64,000 nucleotides of DNA from Octopus vulgaris (GCA_951406725.2 OX597831.1:42966001-43030000); one strand, 5' to 3'; positions 12,471 to 26,784 are shown, counted from the first letter of the stretch. Numbers and translations: made by a program. Notes: generated by a model not told the origin, from the letters alone.

Positions 12471-13149
12471 AGGCTTCCACACAGTTTCTGTCGACCAAAT
12501 TCACTTATAGTCAGCCTGGGGCTATAATAGAAAACATTTGCTTAAAGTGCTTGTATCACACACACACACACAAACATATGTGATGAGCTGCCACACAGCA
12601 TCTCTCTACCAATTCCATTCGCAAGGCACTGGGCAACCCAAGACTTTTTCCCATAGTTTTGTGCAGTGGAATCACATTCAGGACATATGGTTGCATAATG
12701 AATTTTGAAACTACACAGCCATTTAAAAAAACAAGAAAAAAAAACCTCCTTTTATCCATCTCTCACTCTATCTGTTACTTTTGCTTTCTCTGCTGTCTAC
12801 CTCTGTTCCTTACACTGAACTTTTTTACCAATCATTCTTCCAGACTGTTATAGCTCTCACAAGTCTCACCTCTCCACTACATCATTCCCACAGATATTGA
12901 CCCTTAGATTTTTAAATCAATCATTAAACATATCATTATCATTGTTTTAACATTTACTTTTTCATGATTGCATGGTTCAGACAGAATTTACTGAGGCAGA
13001 CTTTCTATGGTTGGATGCCCTTCCTGTTGCCAACCTTCATTTCTTATCAAGCAAGATAATGCTTTCCCATGCTTAGACATGTTTTCATGGAAGACTGGAA
13101 ATGATGGACACCGCTTGAATGATGGTGACACTTGCTTGCGACAAAAGTG

Positions 13150-13833
13150 TCAAAGGGGTGTCTTGGCATCACTCAGCAATACCCTTACCAGCTGCTCTTC
13201 AGCTATCTATTTAAGGCTGTATATGGCTATGGTGTGGCCACACTTGAAATTTGCATCACCAGTCTGGGACTCCTATCTTGCTCAGGACATTGACCTCCTG
13301 GAAACTGTTCAGAGATGTGCAACCAAGCGAATACCCTCTATCAGGCATCTACCATACTCTGAATGCCTTGCTTCCTTGGACATGGCTACATTGAAGCTCT
13401 GACATCTGGCAACTGCACTTGGTAAACCCCTGCAAAATTATTAACCATTGTGCGAACAATCACCTTGAGCACCTTTTTGAACTCCATGTGTCTAACACAC
13501 GTGGGTATGTCTATAAAGTCAGAAAACAGCACAGCTTCCATGACTTTTGGAAACATTTTTTCACACTCAGAGTTGCTGAAGCATGGAACAAACTACCTGC
13601 ATCAGTTGTTAGCTGCCGAAACATTGCATCCTTTAAAACCACCATGCTTCCTGAAATTTTTCCAACACTACATCTGATATCCCCCCTCCATACACATGTA
13701 CACATGTATACCATGACTCATACACTGTTCACTTTCCTGACATTTGTACATAATTCTTTGTACTATACATGCACCTTGATAAGTTGGAGTGCACCTGAGC
13801 CCTATACACAATAATTTCATTATTATTATTATT
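13150..13833 (+). mobile_element. CR1/L2-like LINE 3' fragment, same family
   Basis: Translation includes LYMAMVWPHLKFASPVW..DIDLLETVQRCATKRIP..NTRGYVYKV..AWNKLPASVV. Ends in (ATT)n. Confidence 0.88.
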
Positions 13834-14870
13834 AAATACATGATGTGAAAACAATGAAAGGCTAACATACACACATATATGCACATACATATACATGCTG
13901 GACTTCTTCCAGTTCTGATCAACCAAATTCACTCACAAGATTTTGGTTGGCTCAGGGCTATTGTAGAAGACACTTGCTCAAGACACCATGCAGTGAAACT
14001 GAACCTGAAACTGTGTCACTGAGAAGTGAACATCTTAATCACACAGCCACACCTGCACAATCACACTAATCTAGTAAAAAAAAAAGGGGGAGTAAAGACC
14101 CCCTTCGATCGTGAACGACCACGGGATTGCATCTAGAAAGTTCCCCTCCAAGGTACAAGTCTGGGCAAATTTGTTTATGGAAAACTAGCAGATGCTCAGC
14201 CTCCTCTCTTCATGCTGCCAATGTTATCCAAGGGAAGGGCAAAGACTGATACAACTTGACACCAGTGACGCTGTAACTCATTTCTACAGCTGAGTGACAC
14301 AACACAGCCCAGTCTAGAAATCCAACTCACCATCTCATGATTGTGAGCCTGACGATGTAACCACTGAGCCATGCATCTTCACACTAACCTTATAGAGCCT
14401 GCAAATGTCATCAACATTTCTTAATTTCTTCTAAGTAACAATTTAACAAAAATTCCTACTGTTTTTGCTAAAAAAATTTGTGCTAATTATGCACAAACGA
14501 CCACTAACTGATGAAATCCTTAAGCATTAAGAATAAATTAGCATTTGAGAGTTTATAGGAAGATCTAGTGCATTTAAATGTACTTTCTGAATAATTTATT
14601 TCTAACTGCTTCAGTCAGTTATCGATAGGCTGTGGTTAATATTTGCTTTCAGTCTATCCCAGATATAATTCCATTGGGTGCATTATTGCAGTGTTTGTAT
14701 ACAGTATTTACATATCTGTTTATAATTAAGTTAAATAAAATCTCTCTGATAAGTTTAGTTACTGCAACTGTAACAGGTGTTAAGAGAAAAATGTTGTTTG
14801 ATATAGATTTAATAATTTAACGATCCCTCTCTCTCTCTAAAACAGTATATGTTTATAATTTAATAAAGCT

Positions 14871-15052
14871 TTGAAAGATACAGAAATAATTTATTCTCGA
14901 ACATATGATAATGTTAATACAATAGCATGAACAGGATAAACTATCCTATATTGCAGAATTTTTCCAAAATATATGCATAGTTTATCCTGTTCATGCCATT
15001 GTATTAGCATTTATCATACGTTCGAGAATAAATTATTTCTGTATCTTTCAAT
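14871..15052. repeat. Long inverted repeat (arms ~75 bp)
   Basis: TTGAAAGATACAGAAATAATTTATTCTCGAAC..GAACAGGATAAACTAT pairs with ATAGTTTATCCTGTTC..GTTCGAGAATAAATTATTTCTGTATCTTTCAA. Confidence 0.9.
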
Positions 15053-16527
15053 ACATTTCAATGCTTCTAAAGCAAACTTTGTTTACGTTCATTGTAAGTT
15101 GAATTTATAAGGTTTCATTTAGAAACATGTAGAAGGAATATTGGCAGAGTCTGAGCCACCAACTTCACTGCCTAGGAAATGAACCCAAAATCACCATGTT
15201 CAGATGTGAAAATAACTATAAATAGCTGACCGAAGTGTGTCAGGGACTGATGACATCAGCAAACAATTAGCCATTCAGGTTTCTGGTAAAAAACATAATA
15301 ACTTGTGTTTGTCAGTTGCTGGGCTGCCTGGCAAAAATGCAATCGACCCATGATGCTTAATTCGTTAAAATCCCAGTCATAAACATTTGTGGATAAACAG
15401 CATAATGGAATGTCATTAATGATTTTGTCTTTGGCATCTTTTCTTTGAGAGAGTATGGGTGGCACTCCATCTTTTGTGAAATACAAGAGTTCCAGTTAGT
15501 CGGATCAATGGAACAGCCTGTTTGTGAAATTAACATGCAAGTGGGTGAGCACTCCACAGACACACATTGCCTTAATGTAGTTCTCAGGGAGATTCAACAT
15601 GACACAGAATGTGTGAAGGCTGGCCCTTTGAATTAGAGGTACTACTCATTTTTGCCAGCTGATTGAACTAGAGCAATGTGAAATAAAGTTCCTTGCTTAA
15701 GGGCACAATGCACAGTCAAGAATCGAACTCATGACCTTGCAACTGTGAGCTGATTACCTTAACCACTAAGCCACACGCCTTCACCAGAGTATGGGTATAT
15801 AGAGACAATTTGTTCGGTAACTAGTCATGGTTGCAACACAGCTAAAGTCAAAAGAATTTGATGACTACGACAACTCACCATCTGACACACATCTGGCAGA
15901 GACACATAATAACAGTTTATTTGATTCTATTTTTTCTTCATCATCATGCAGAAACATTAAGGCAGTGAGATGGCAAGTTGTGGTGCACCTGAGCACTGTA
16001 TACAATAATTTCAGTATTATTATTATATCAAAGAACCAGTCTTGTCATATTCTGTGACATGCTGAATCTCGCTGAGAACTATGCTAGGGGTTGGTGTGTC
16101 TGTTAAGTGCTTAAGTACTTGCATGTTAGTTTCACAAGCAGGCTGTTAGTTCAATCAGATCAACTGGAAAACTTGTCATCATAACTGATAGAGTGTCAAT
16201 TTATATTAATAGCTAGCAAGGGCAATGTACAGGATGTCACATAATGAAGAATATATTTTAATTGTTAATTTCCTCGTTATGAGATACCTTGCACATGTCT
16301 ACACACACACGCATACACACACACCATCCTTTAATTCCTATTAATACACTGGCTTAAGCTCAGCTTATGTCATCACAATGTCTTCCATATGTAGGCGCAT
16401 AATATATATATAAATAAATAGGCACAGGAGTGGCTGTGTGGAACTTTGGGCAAGTGTCTTCTATTATAGCCTCGGGCCGGCCAAAGCCTTGTGAGTGAAT
16501 TTGGTCGACAGAAACTGAAAGCCCATC

Positions 16528-16575
<48 letters not shown>

Positions 16576-16777
16576 ATACAAAATAGTTGGGAGCTCATTA
16601 GTCTTGTAAGTTTCAAGGTAACTGATTTGATTCTGGGACCATGGTAAAATGTTTGGCGAATCAAGCAGTAGCAACATAAGGTTCCATGGATGCCTTAGTC
16701 TTGCCAAAGGCTTGACAACCTCTCTAGTTCTGGTGCCATGATAAAATGCATCCAGTACAGTTTATAAACTATCATAA

Positions 16778-17205
16778 GGTCCAGTCCTTGTTGTAGTGTG
16801 GTGGCTTGTATGCCTCAATGATCCTGAGATCTATGCCAGTGGAGCACAAGTTCCTGGTAGAGCCTCCTATACTGGACAGGTCAAAGAATAGAGACTAGAC
16901 TTAACATGGACCACCTTCTCCCAAAGGTAAAATTAGGTTTGCATAGGACAAACACCTATCAAGAGAAAAGCATAACTGTAGAAGCATCAATGACAATTCA
17001 AAACCAACAAAGGCTGAGAGAGGAAGACCTTCCTTCAGGGAAACTCAACATGAGAGGCAAAAGAGGAGATGCCATAAAAATAGCTGGAGAGTGGATACTG
17101 CCAACTGGAGATGAGCAGAAAAGAAAACCAATAGTTGAGAACAGCAGAAAAAACTTATCCATGGCCTATGCACTATAGGGGATAAAGGGCCTATGTAAGG
17201 CCTCT
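16778..17205 (+). mobile_element. Second copy of the bipartite RTE-derived element
   Basis: Collinear with 225-636. Ends GGCCTATGCACTATAGGGGATAAAGGGCCTA. Confidence 0.6.
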
Positions 17206-18573
17206 TAAAGAGTTTGGTGTTAGGAAGGACATTCAGTGATAGAAACCATGTCAAATTTGAGATGACCAGGGGATTTGTAGTTCTGTAATCTGTCCAGGAG
17301 AGCAGTAGCACCAAAACCAGTTGATTAAACCCTATGTAATCATCTGACCCATGTCAGCATAAAGAACAGACGTAAAATGATGATAATGATGATGAAGACA
17401 AGCACAAGTGCTCTCCTCCGCAGAGGGAAGAAAAAGTAATGCCAACTGTAAAGTGATCTGATCTCAGAATCTAATGACTTAAATTATTGAGCATCGTTTA
17501 ATTTACCATTCTACCATTCCTGTCAATAGTAGCAGTACTAGTAATAGCAGTAGAGTATTATGGAGATCCATTGTCTTGAAGGTCAAACGTGTGTGTATGT
17601 ATGTGTTTAAAGACTGTTCTGATAATCAAAACTATTGTAACTAATGAATAATCTGACATCCTGGGGTCAACTAATTAAAATCTATGTCAATGAGAGAGAG
17701 AGAGGAAGAAAGAAGAATAATTGTGGTTCTGTTGATTCGTTATGCAACATTAAACGAGATTGAATGTATTCACTGAAAGAAGACACAACAGTTGCAGACC
17801 GATGTAATTATCTTCAGCTTGGAATATTTCCCAAGACATGGCTAACAGGCAGAAAGACAATAGTTATTCGCAAAGAACAAAGAGACAGACTGACATTGAT
17901 AAAGAAAGGGAAAGAAAACGACGATTAAAATACACACACACACACACACACGTTCTATATATATATATATATACATATATATATAGGAAGAGTGTAGGAT
18001 AGGTAGAGATTTAAAAGGATAGTGCAGTTGACATTTTCAAAGAATTACATAGATAAAAAGAGGAGGGAGGGTGGCATTGAAAAATAAAAAAAAACTTACT
18101 ATCACAACAAACAAAAGCTTTAAAAAAAACCCATAATATGATAGCAGAAAGACTAGCCTGACTCATATCCTAGACATATTAAATAAAGCGTGACCAATTA
18201 TCTCTGTACTCAAGAGAATTACAAGTCAAGGAATAAAAAGAACAAACCTTCGCTTACAGTGCTACATATACTATGATTAGTACTTTTGTGTTTAATCTAA
18301 GGCTACTTATAGTGAATGTTTTTTTTTTTATTGAAATATGCTTTATTAATAGAAATGTGCGTACATGTTTACAAGTATTATCTATATATATATTAATATT
18401 TGTATAGATTATATATTATGTATGTTATACATACATACATACTCACATTTGATCTTTGAAAGAAATTATACTTTAATAACAGATATACATAAATATATAT
18501 CCAAATATTTAAATATTTATATATTTTTTAATGTATAACTAGTTTTAAAGGATTAAATGTGTGTGTTTGTGTG

Positions 18574-18620
<47 letters not shown>

Positions 18621-18623
<3 letters not shown>

Positions 18624-18774
18624 TACAGGAGTGGCTGTGTGGTAAGTAGCTTGCACATGGTACCGGGTCCAGTCCCACTGCATGGCACCTTGGGCAAGTG
18701 TCTTTACTATAGCCGTGGGCCAAATAAAGCCTTGAGTGAATTTGGTAGACGGAAACTGTAAGAAGCCAGTTGTA

Positions 18775-18822
<48 letters not shown>

Positions 18823-19076
18823 CGTGTGTGTGTGTGTGCGTGTGTGTGTGTGTGTGTTTGTGTTTGTTTGTGTGTCTGTGTTTGTCCCCCCAACATCACT
18901 TGACAACTGATGGCGGTGTGTTTACGTCACCGTAATTTAGCGGTTCAACAAAAGAGACTAATAGAATAAGCACTAGGCTTCCAAAGAATAAGTCCTGGGG
19001 TCGATTTGCTCGACTAAAGGTGGTGCTCCAGCATGGCTGCAGTCAAATGACTGAAACAAGTAAATGAGTAAATGAG
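18621..19076 (+). mobile_element. SINE family A copy
   Basis: Full head, core, microsatellite and tail. Confidence 0.85.
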
Positions 19077-19621
19077 ATATATATAAAAATGCATATAATA
19101 TGAATAAGGTATAATTTATACTTCTATATATTTATATTATACATAGATAATTGTACTTTATTCATACATACATACAAACAAACATACATATGGTTGGTAT
19201 CATAAAAATTTTATAAACTTTCAAGCGAACACAAAATAATTTCTTTTTGGTAGAGTGGGTGTCAAAGCTGATAAAGCTATGAATAATTGCAAGCAGATAT
19301 TAGGTAGAAAAATGTGGCTGCTCACAAGCATCTTTCACTTTATCTATCCAAAATGGATTTTCTGCTCAATATTTACACACTACTATTTGTTGCTGTATAA
19401 GTTTTGAAACCCACTGTTCAAAAAAAAAAAAAAGAATTATATCTAAATATGCCAGTGTATATATTTATATTATAAGCATAGCTGAAGACTTATGAAGTTC
19501 ACTTCACAACCTCATGATTTTGATACCATATGCAAGTGTCTTTTACTATAGCCCTTCACCAACCAAAGCTTTGTGAGTAGATTTGATATTCAGAAACAGA
19601 AAGAAGTTTGTTGTATGGATA

Positions 19622-19691
<70 letters not shown>

Positions 19692-20103
19692 TGTGTTTTG
19701 TTTCCTCACATCATCTGTTATATGTAAACAAACAACAATCATACAAGCAGTGTTGTTAGCAATCTTCTGTGAAGTCGTGTCTGGCCACTGTGCTGTTTCT
19801 GTTCAAAGAACTCGGAAGAATATGTCCTTGCATTGAAAGAGGACAGGAAGGGCATTCAGTCAAAAAAAAAATCTGCCTCAACAAACTTCATGTGATTCAT
19901 GCAAGCAGGGAAAGTGAGTGTTAAAATGATGAAGATTATGATGCTTATTTTTCATTTGTAACATCTCCAGCCCAGCTAGAATTCAAACACATAAACACCC
20001 CCTCCCACCCATCCATCCATCCATCCATCCATCAGTCCATCCATCTTCTCCACCCTTTACTCTTGAGAAAGTCATGGTAGGTGGAAGTTCTCAGTTTCCC
20101 CCT

Positions 20104-20520
20104 CTATAAGGTCTTAACAGAAGCAATTGTCATTGGACTTTCTGGCTGGATCCCCTTGTGTGACCAGCTGAGATTAAGGATATTATCCAAGCATCTTGTT
20201 CTTGGTTTATCCCTAGGCCTCTGGCCAGTTGGCTTGGCTTGAAGAATCTGCCTTGTGATTCTTTCTTGCAACATGCTAACTACATGTCTGGAGCATTGAC
20301 CTTTCAATGCTAAGAAGCATCAGCTTGATCTGGAGATACTCCCTTGATCTCCAGGTTACACACCCGTTGAGTAATATTACTCAAGAGACCTTTCAATGAA
20401 ACTCCATTTCAGCCACATATTCACAATTGTACCATTTCAGTCATTACCAAATATTCATGTAAATAGGTGAGGCCAAGTATGAAAACCAAATTGAAAATCA
20501 CAAATTTGGATCTCTTTTAC
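20104..20520 (-). pseudogene. Decayed RTE C-terminal fragment
   Basis: Translation includes HVVSMLQERITRQILQAKPTGQRPRDKPRTRCLD. Confidence 0.65.
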
Positions 20521-21172
20521 CAACATCACCTCTCTTGAGCATACATGAATACATGAGTTTCTAAATGACAATGATCAATCAGAAATGACAACTTTACCAT
20601 GCAAGTGGCAATAACTACATCAGGCCTCAACTTTGTTATTACTAATATACCTCACCTTATTATAACTGATCTTAACTGATCCCATAAATTATACTTCTGG
20701 CCAGGCTGTGTTTATTTTTAGTTCATCTGCCCAATAAAATTCAATCACTGATATTTTATCTTCTGACACAAAAATTCCAAACAGCAAACAATTGGATTGG
20801 TTTGTCCTAAATGACTCATTCTCCTATATTGATTAGAATTTAATTCTTTCTGAGGAAAATGCGTAACTTAATTGGCATAAGTTCAAAACATTCTATTTTA
20901 ATATGCTCAGAGGTCATTCCTGGTCAATACCTAATTGAAAACAGTCTACTAATTGCTTACATATAATTCTTTTGCTAAGCTAATAATTCTTTGGCTAAAC
21001 TAAAAGCTGACAAGGCAAGAACTTGGAAACTATGTATCTGATAAATGCGATAGTTCCTGCTTTGATTTTGCCAAAATTAGAAAACAACTGTGATTATATT
21101 AGACTCAATAAATCTACTCATTTCTTATCTACAAATATCTGCAAGAATGAAATAAACTCTAAAATAAACTCT

Positions 21173-21985
21173 AGAAGCTCGGATTTGGTCATTCAACCAT
21201 TCATTGACACCTGTGTGCCACCAGAAAAGTCAGCTAATTAGGTCAATGGGTTCCTCACAAACTTTCCAAGTCTAATCGTGTGCAGAGAGTGAATGTGTGC
21301 TCTTCTTTGCTGTCACATCTCACAAATGATCCTTTTTTGGACTGAATAGTGACTGGTGACAAGAAATGGGTTCTCTATAAAAATGTTAAGCCCTGAAGAC
21401 AGTGAATAGGAGAAAGGAAAAACACTGCCACCTCAGGCTAAAGAAGATCTGTTTGGTGGGATATGAAAGGTTTAGTCCACTTTGAACTTTTAAACCCAAA
21501 CCAAACGATAACAAAGGAGATCTACTGTGAGCAGCTTGAGTGGCTTAAGTCAGCACTAGAAGAAAATGACCATCTTTGGTTTCAAGATGAAAGATGGTCT
21601 TCTATCAGGATAATGCTCAGCCACATACATCAAAAATGACATTCCAAAGCCTGGAGCAGTTTGAATGGGAAATGATACCCCACCCACCATATTCACCAGA
21701 CATTACCCCATCTAATTATCATTTATTCTACAGTCTTCAAAATCATTTGGACAGAAAAAATATGAATTCTGTAGACGAGATCAGAACAGTACTGGAGGAA
21801 TATTTTTTGTCATGGACAAGTGAATTTTGGAAGAGGGGCCTTTGCAAGTCTACCAGATAGATGGAAGAGCATTATAGAAAATGAAGGAGAGTATCTTTTA
21901 GATTAAAAAAGAATTTTGTTTTATCTTAATTTTGAAAAATAAAAGAAGTATAAAAAAACTGCATTATTCATGGGATAACCCAATA
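21173..21985 (+). mobile_element. Decayed mariner (DD34D-type) transposon, 3' portion with right TIR
   Basis: Motifs WVPHKL, IVTGDKKW, FYQDNAQPHT and HPPYSPDITPSNYHLF, with stops and frameshifts. Ends GCATTATTCATGGGATAACCCAA|TA. Confidence 0.88.
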
Positions 21986-23859
21986 GTTGGGTGGTAACCT
22001 TCTTACCACACAGTCACGTTTGCACCAATACCTTTGTATTAAGATGCCAATCAATTAATCAAAGTAAAAATCCTGCTAAATGGAAGACAGTGATTGCTAT
22101 ACCATTTTATAAAAATAATAAACCTGGTAAATCCAACTAAAATTGCTTCTGCCTAATCACAGTTACTTCAAACATTCACACACTGCCAGAGAGTTTAGTC
22201 AATAGCAAAATTTCGGATTTTTTATGCTCTAATAATCTGATTTCCACCGCTCAATTTCGATTATCTCACCACTCATCCACTGACCAATCCAACCTATCTA
22301 TTCCCAAAATACTTCTCTCATCTTGTAAGTAAATAAAAACTACATCCACACTACTCAATTTGACTACTGCTTTTAGTACCATGCATGGATTTTGTCAACA
22401 GAAATTGAAAAGCAAGTCATCATCATTATCATCATCATCATTTGGACAGTTTGATAGAATCTGCTGAGTCCAAAGGCTGCAGTGTGATCCATGTCTGCTT
22501 TGGCATGGTTTCAATGGCTGGATGCCTTGCCTAACACTAACCACTTTACAGTGTCTACAGGGTGCTTTTTCATGCCACCAGATGTGTGTTTGTGTGTACC
22601 ATTGTCTTCAACATCATGTGATGGTTATAAATGAGCATCATCATCATACAAGCAATAATTGTTTCTAGTCTTCCATGTAAAACATGTCTGGCTATAGAAA
22701 AATATTTCCTTACTTGGAAACAGATAAGGGTTGGCGACAAGGACATCTAACCATTGAAAATCTACCTCAACAAATTCTGTTTGATCCATGCAAACATGAA
22801 AAAGTGATGTTGATGACTCCTTGCAGTTGATATACAAAAGTGCCTTGCTTAAAGAATATGTAAATGTTATTTTAAATGGTTAGACAACTTTCTTCATAAA
22901 ACTCAAAGGATTATAAATCAGTAGTGCATTTTATGATTTATGCATAATAACAGAAGCAAGATAGCTCAGTTTGTTTCTTTTATTTTATTCTTTTTATTTT
23001 ATTATTTACAAATATTCTTGTTTATCTTCATAAACTGGTTTCTTCTGACACCCATCAAGTTGGTTTAATTTATGCTGACATTGCTATGCTTATTACCATC
23101 GGTTTGTCTAAGGGTGTTCTTTCAAGGTAACAAAACTATGGCTTAGATCATATTGCAGACTGGGCTTGTAAATGGGGCATACACTTTAAACAACTCAACC
23201 AAAGAAGAAAAGAAATGAAGATGACAAAAAAGAAAAAAAACTGTTGGTTCATTCTCTTTGAAATTGGGTCAAATGCCATCAAACAATGAAATGTCTTAAT
23301 CACCCTGTTGCATTTGCAAAGAAATTCACTTATCTAGGAATTTGGTCTATTGTTAGCCTCAAATTTAAATGCCATGTTTATCAAGTATACAAAATGGTTT
23401 CATCTCACCTGTTTTGCTCTGCCCAACAACCATATCACCTACCTAAGAAGTTTTTCAAATAATATATATAAACAACATTCTTCTTCCTTTTGAGTATTTC
23501 TCACCAGTTTGAGCTGCACTAAATTTATCAGAGGAATTGGATCATAGGGCAACATGCTGTGCCTGAGGAGACCTATTGAGACAAGTACATCAACATCAAA
23601 ATCAAAATCAAATGGGAATTGTAGTTGTGATACCTGTGCCAGTGGCACGTAAAAAGCACCAACTTATCGTGGCCGTTGCCAGCCTCCCCTGGCACCTGTG
23701 CTGGTGGTATGTAAAAAGCACCCACTACACTCACGGAGTTGTTGGTGTTAGGAAGGGCAACCAGCTGTAGAAACTTGTCCACAGTGCCACATAGTGGGAC
23801 TGAACCTGAGGCCATGTGGTTGGGAAGTAAACTTCTTACCACACATTCATGCCTGTGCC

Positions 23860-23898
<39 letters not shown>

Positions 23899-24696
23899 TT
23901 GTGTCTGCTGTAGTCAAATTATATCCTGCAAAAGCTGATGTGATTAGCAGACTGTTGGAGCATATTTAACCTGCTGAACCAATATCTGGCAACTTTACTG
24001 TCCTATTAAAAATAGGATATTGATTTCTAGCTTGGCATACAAAATGGAAAATATTAAATTTCAACCATGATAAGACTTAAATTCACTGCATAAAGGGACC
24101 TGATTAATTACTACAAAGTGTTTAGTATATTTTTTTAAAAATATTTCTGAAACTTTCTCTCACATGTGGCTTTACACACACACACACACATATATATAAA
24201 TATTGGTTTCAGCACATGGTTTCATATGAAAATTCTAACAAAACAAATTCAAAATCAATATGTTAGTGTGTGTTTGAGTTAGTGTATATTTATTTGTATA
24301 GGCACAAGAGAAGATATGTGGTTAAGAAGCTCATTTTGCATCCATTTTGGGTTCAGTCTCACTGTGTGGCACCTTGGGCAAATGTCTACTGTAGCCCAAG
24401 GTCATCCGATGCCTTGTGAGTGAATTTGATATATATCAAAATGTGGGTCTTTGTGTCTGTCCTCACCTCCCTACTACTTCTTGTTGGTTTGTTTACATCC
24501 CTATTTATGTTCCTGTAACTTAGTGGTCCAGCAAAACATTAAAAAAATGGAAGAATAAGTACTGAACCTAAACGAGAAAACATAAGTACTAGGGGCAATA
24601 TTCATTTGATTAAAACCCTTGAAGGTGGTGCTCCAGTATGGCCATCGTTCGATGACTGAAACAATAAAAACTACAAGATGTGTCAATGTATATGTA

Positions 24697-24727
<31 letters not shown>

Positions 24728-24734
24728 GTGTGTG

Positions 24735-24794
<60 letters not shown>

Positions 24795-25200
24795 ATCATA
24801 CATACATGCATACATACATACGTGTGTGTTTGCAGATATGAATTTAAATATACTGGAGACCAACACAATCTACATTAGTAGATATTAAATCAAATAATCT
24901 ATCAAAACAAAATTATTTCAAACAAATTATTCCAACCTAATGCTCCTTTGACTGGTCATGATCATCTATGAAGAAAGGGGAACCGGTAAGCATATCTTTC
25001 AATTTTATAGTATATACTGTATAGTATACTGAATTAGTTTGAATTAGCGTATGAAGGGTCAGAACAAGTTAATGGTTTTTCTATAATCTTATGAAATGAT
25101 ATTGTGGTTGATCAAGAACACTGGACAATTGTTTACTGATGTAGGTGTGGCTATAGGTGTGGGCATGGTTATAGGCACAGACATGTAGCTATAAATGATT

Positions 25201-25600
25201 ACTCTTTTAATTGTTTCAGTCATTTGACTGTGGCCATGCTGGAGCACTGCCTTTAGCCGAGCAAATTGACCCCAGGACTTATTCTTTGGAAGCCTAGTAC
25301 TTAGTCTATCGGTCTCTTTTGCCGAACCACTAAGTTACAGGGATGTAAACACACTACCATCGGTTGTCAAGCGATGTTGGGGGGACAAACACAGACACAC
25401 AAACATATACAGACAAAAACATATATATAACATATATACGATGGGCTTCTTTCAGTTTCCGTCTACCAAATCCACCCACAAGGCTTTGGTCGGCCCGAAG
25501 CTATAGTAGAAGACACTTATCCAAGGTGCCACGCAGTGGGAATGAACCCAGAACCATGTGGACGGTAAGCAAGCTACTTACCACATAGCCACTCCTGCAC
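25201..25600 (-). mobile_element. SINE family A copy
   Basis: Full-length reverse-complement copy. Confidence 0.85.
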
Positions 25601-25809
25601 CTGCTATATTATTCAGCAGTTTATAGAAAACCATTAACTTTCACTGTTACTTACCAACATGGTTCCAGGTTTAAGCTCACTGCATAGCACCTTGGGAGGA
25701 TGAAAGCCTTGTGAGTGAATTTGATAGACAGAAACTGAAAAGATCCCGGGTTTTTGTGTCTGTCTCCCACCACTTTTTGACAACTGGTGTTGATGTGTTT
25801 ACTTCTATA

Positions 25810-25970
25810 GGTACAGATGTGGCTGTGTAGTAAGAAGCTTGCTTCCCAGCCACATGGTTCCAGGTTCAGTAATACTGCATGTTACTTTGGCCAAATGTCT
25901 TCTACAACATTTCTCGGGCTGACCAAATCCTTGTGAGTGAATTTGGTAGATGGAAACTGAAAGAAGCTTG

Positions 25971-26018
<48 letters not shown>

Positions 26019-26135
26019 TTGTGTGTCTGTGTTTGTCCCCCACCATCACATGACAACTGATGTCTTCTATAACATCCCTCGGGCTGACCAAATCCTTGTG
26101 AGTGAATTTGGTAGATGGAAACTGAAAGAAGCTTG

Positions 26136-26178
<43 letters not shown>

Positions 26179-26388
26179 TGTGTGTATATGTTTGTGTGTC
26201 TCTGTTTGTCCCCCACCATCACATGACAACTGATGTTGGTGTGTTTACGTCCCCATAATTCAGCAGTTCAGCAAAAGAAATAGAATAAGTACTAGGCTTA
26301 CAAAGAATAAGCCCTGGGGTTGATTCCTTCAACTAAAGGCGGTACTCCAGCATGGTCACAGTCAAATGACTGAAACAAGTAAAAGAAT
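25810..26388 (+). mobile_element. SINE family A copy with an internal tandem duplication
   Basis: The segment TGTCTTCTA..CATGACAACTGATG occurs twice (about 25896-26060 and 26061-26235). Confidence 0.85.
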
Positions 26389-26784
26389 TCCCTTTACTTT
26401 AGTGCTTTGGCAAAAGAGACCAACAGAAGAAGTACCAGGTTTAAAAACAGTAAGTACAGGGGTAAAGCCGTCTGACTAAAACTCAAGGCAGTGCTCCAGC
26501 ATGGTCAAGGTCTAATGATTGAAACAAGTAACAGGTAAAAGATAAAAAGACATGAAGTGTGCACCAACGAATTTGCTTAGATTGCTTTAATTCTATGGGA
26601 AGGCGATGACAAAGCGTTCTAGTTATAAGACATACAATGCCGCCTCTTTGCAATATATAATTAACTAATCACTAAGAGCTCAACGCATTGTTATATTAAT
26701 GTATATTAATATTAAGTACAAGCATGGCTGTGTGGTTAAGAAGTTTGCTTCCCAATCACATGGTTTTGGGTTCAATTTCCCAAA

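Noticed and set aside
23400-23450. Possible minus-strand 34-nt microexon (TAG|...CAG|GTGAGA)
   Set aside because: Weak acceptor, not a multiple of three, and no supporting neighbouring exons.
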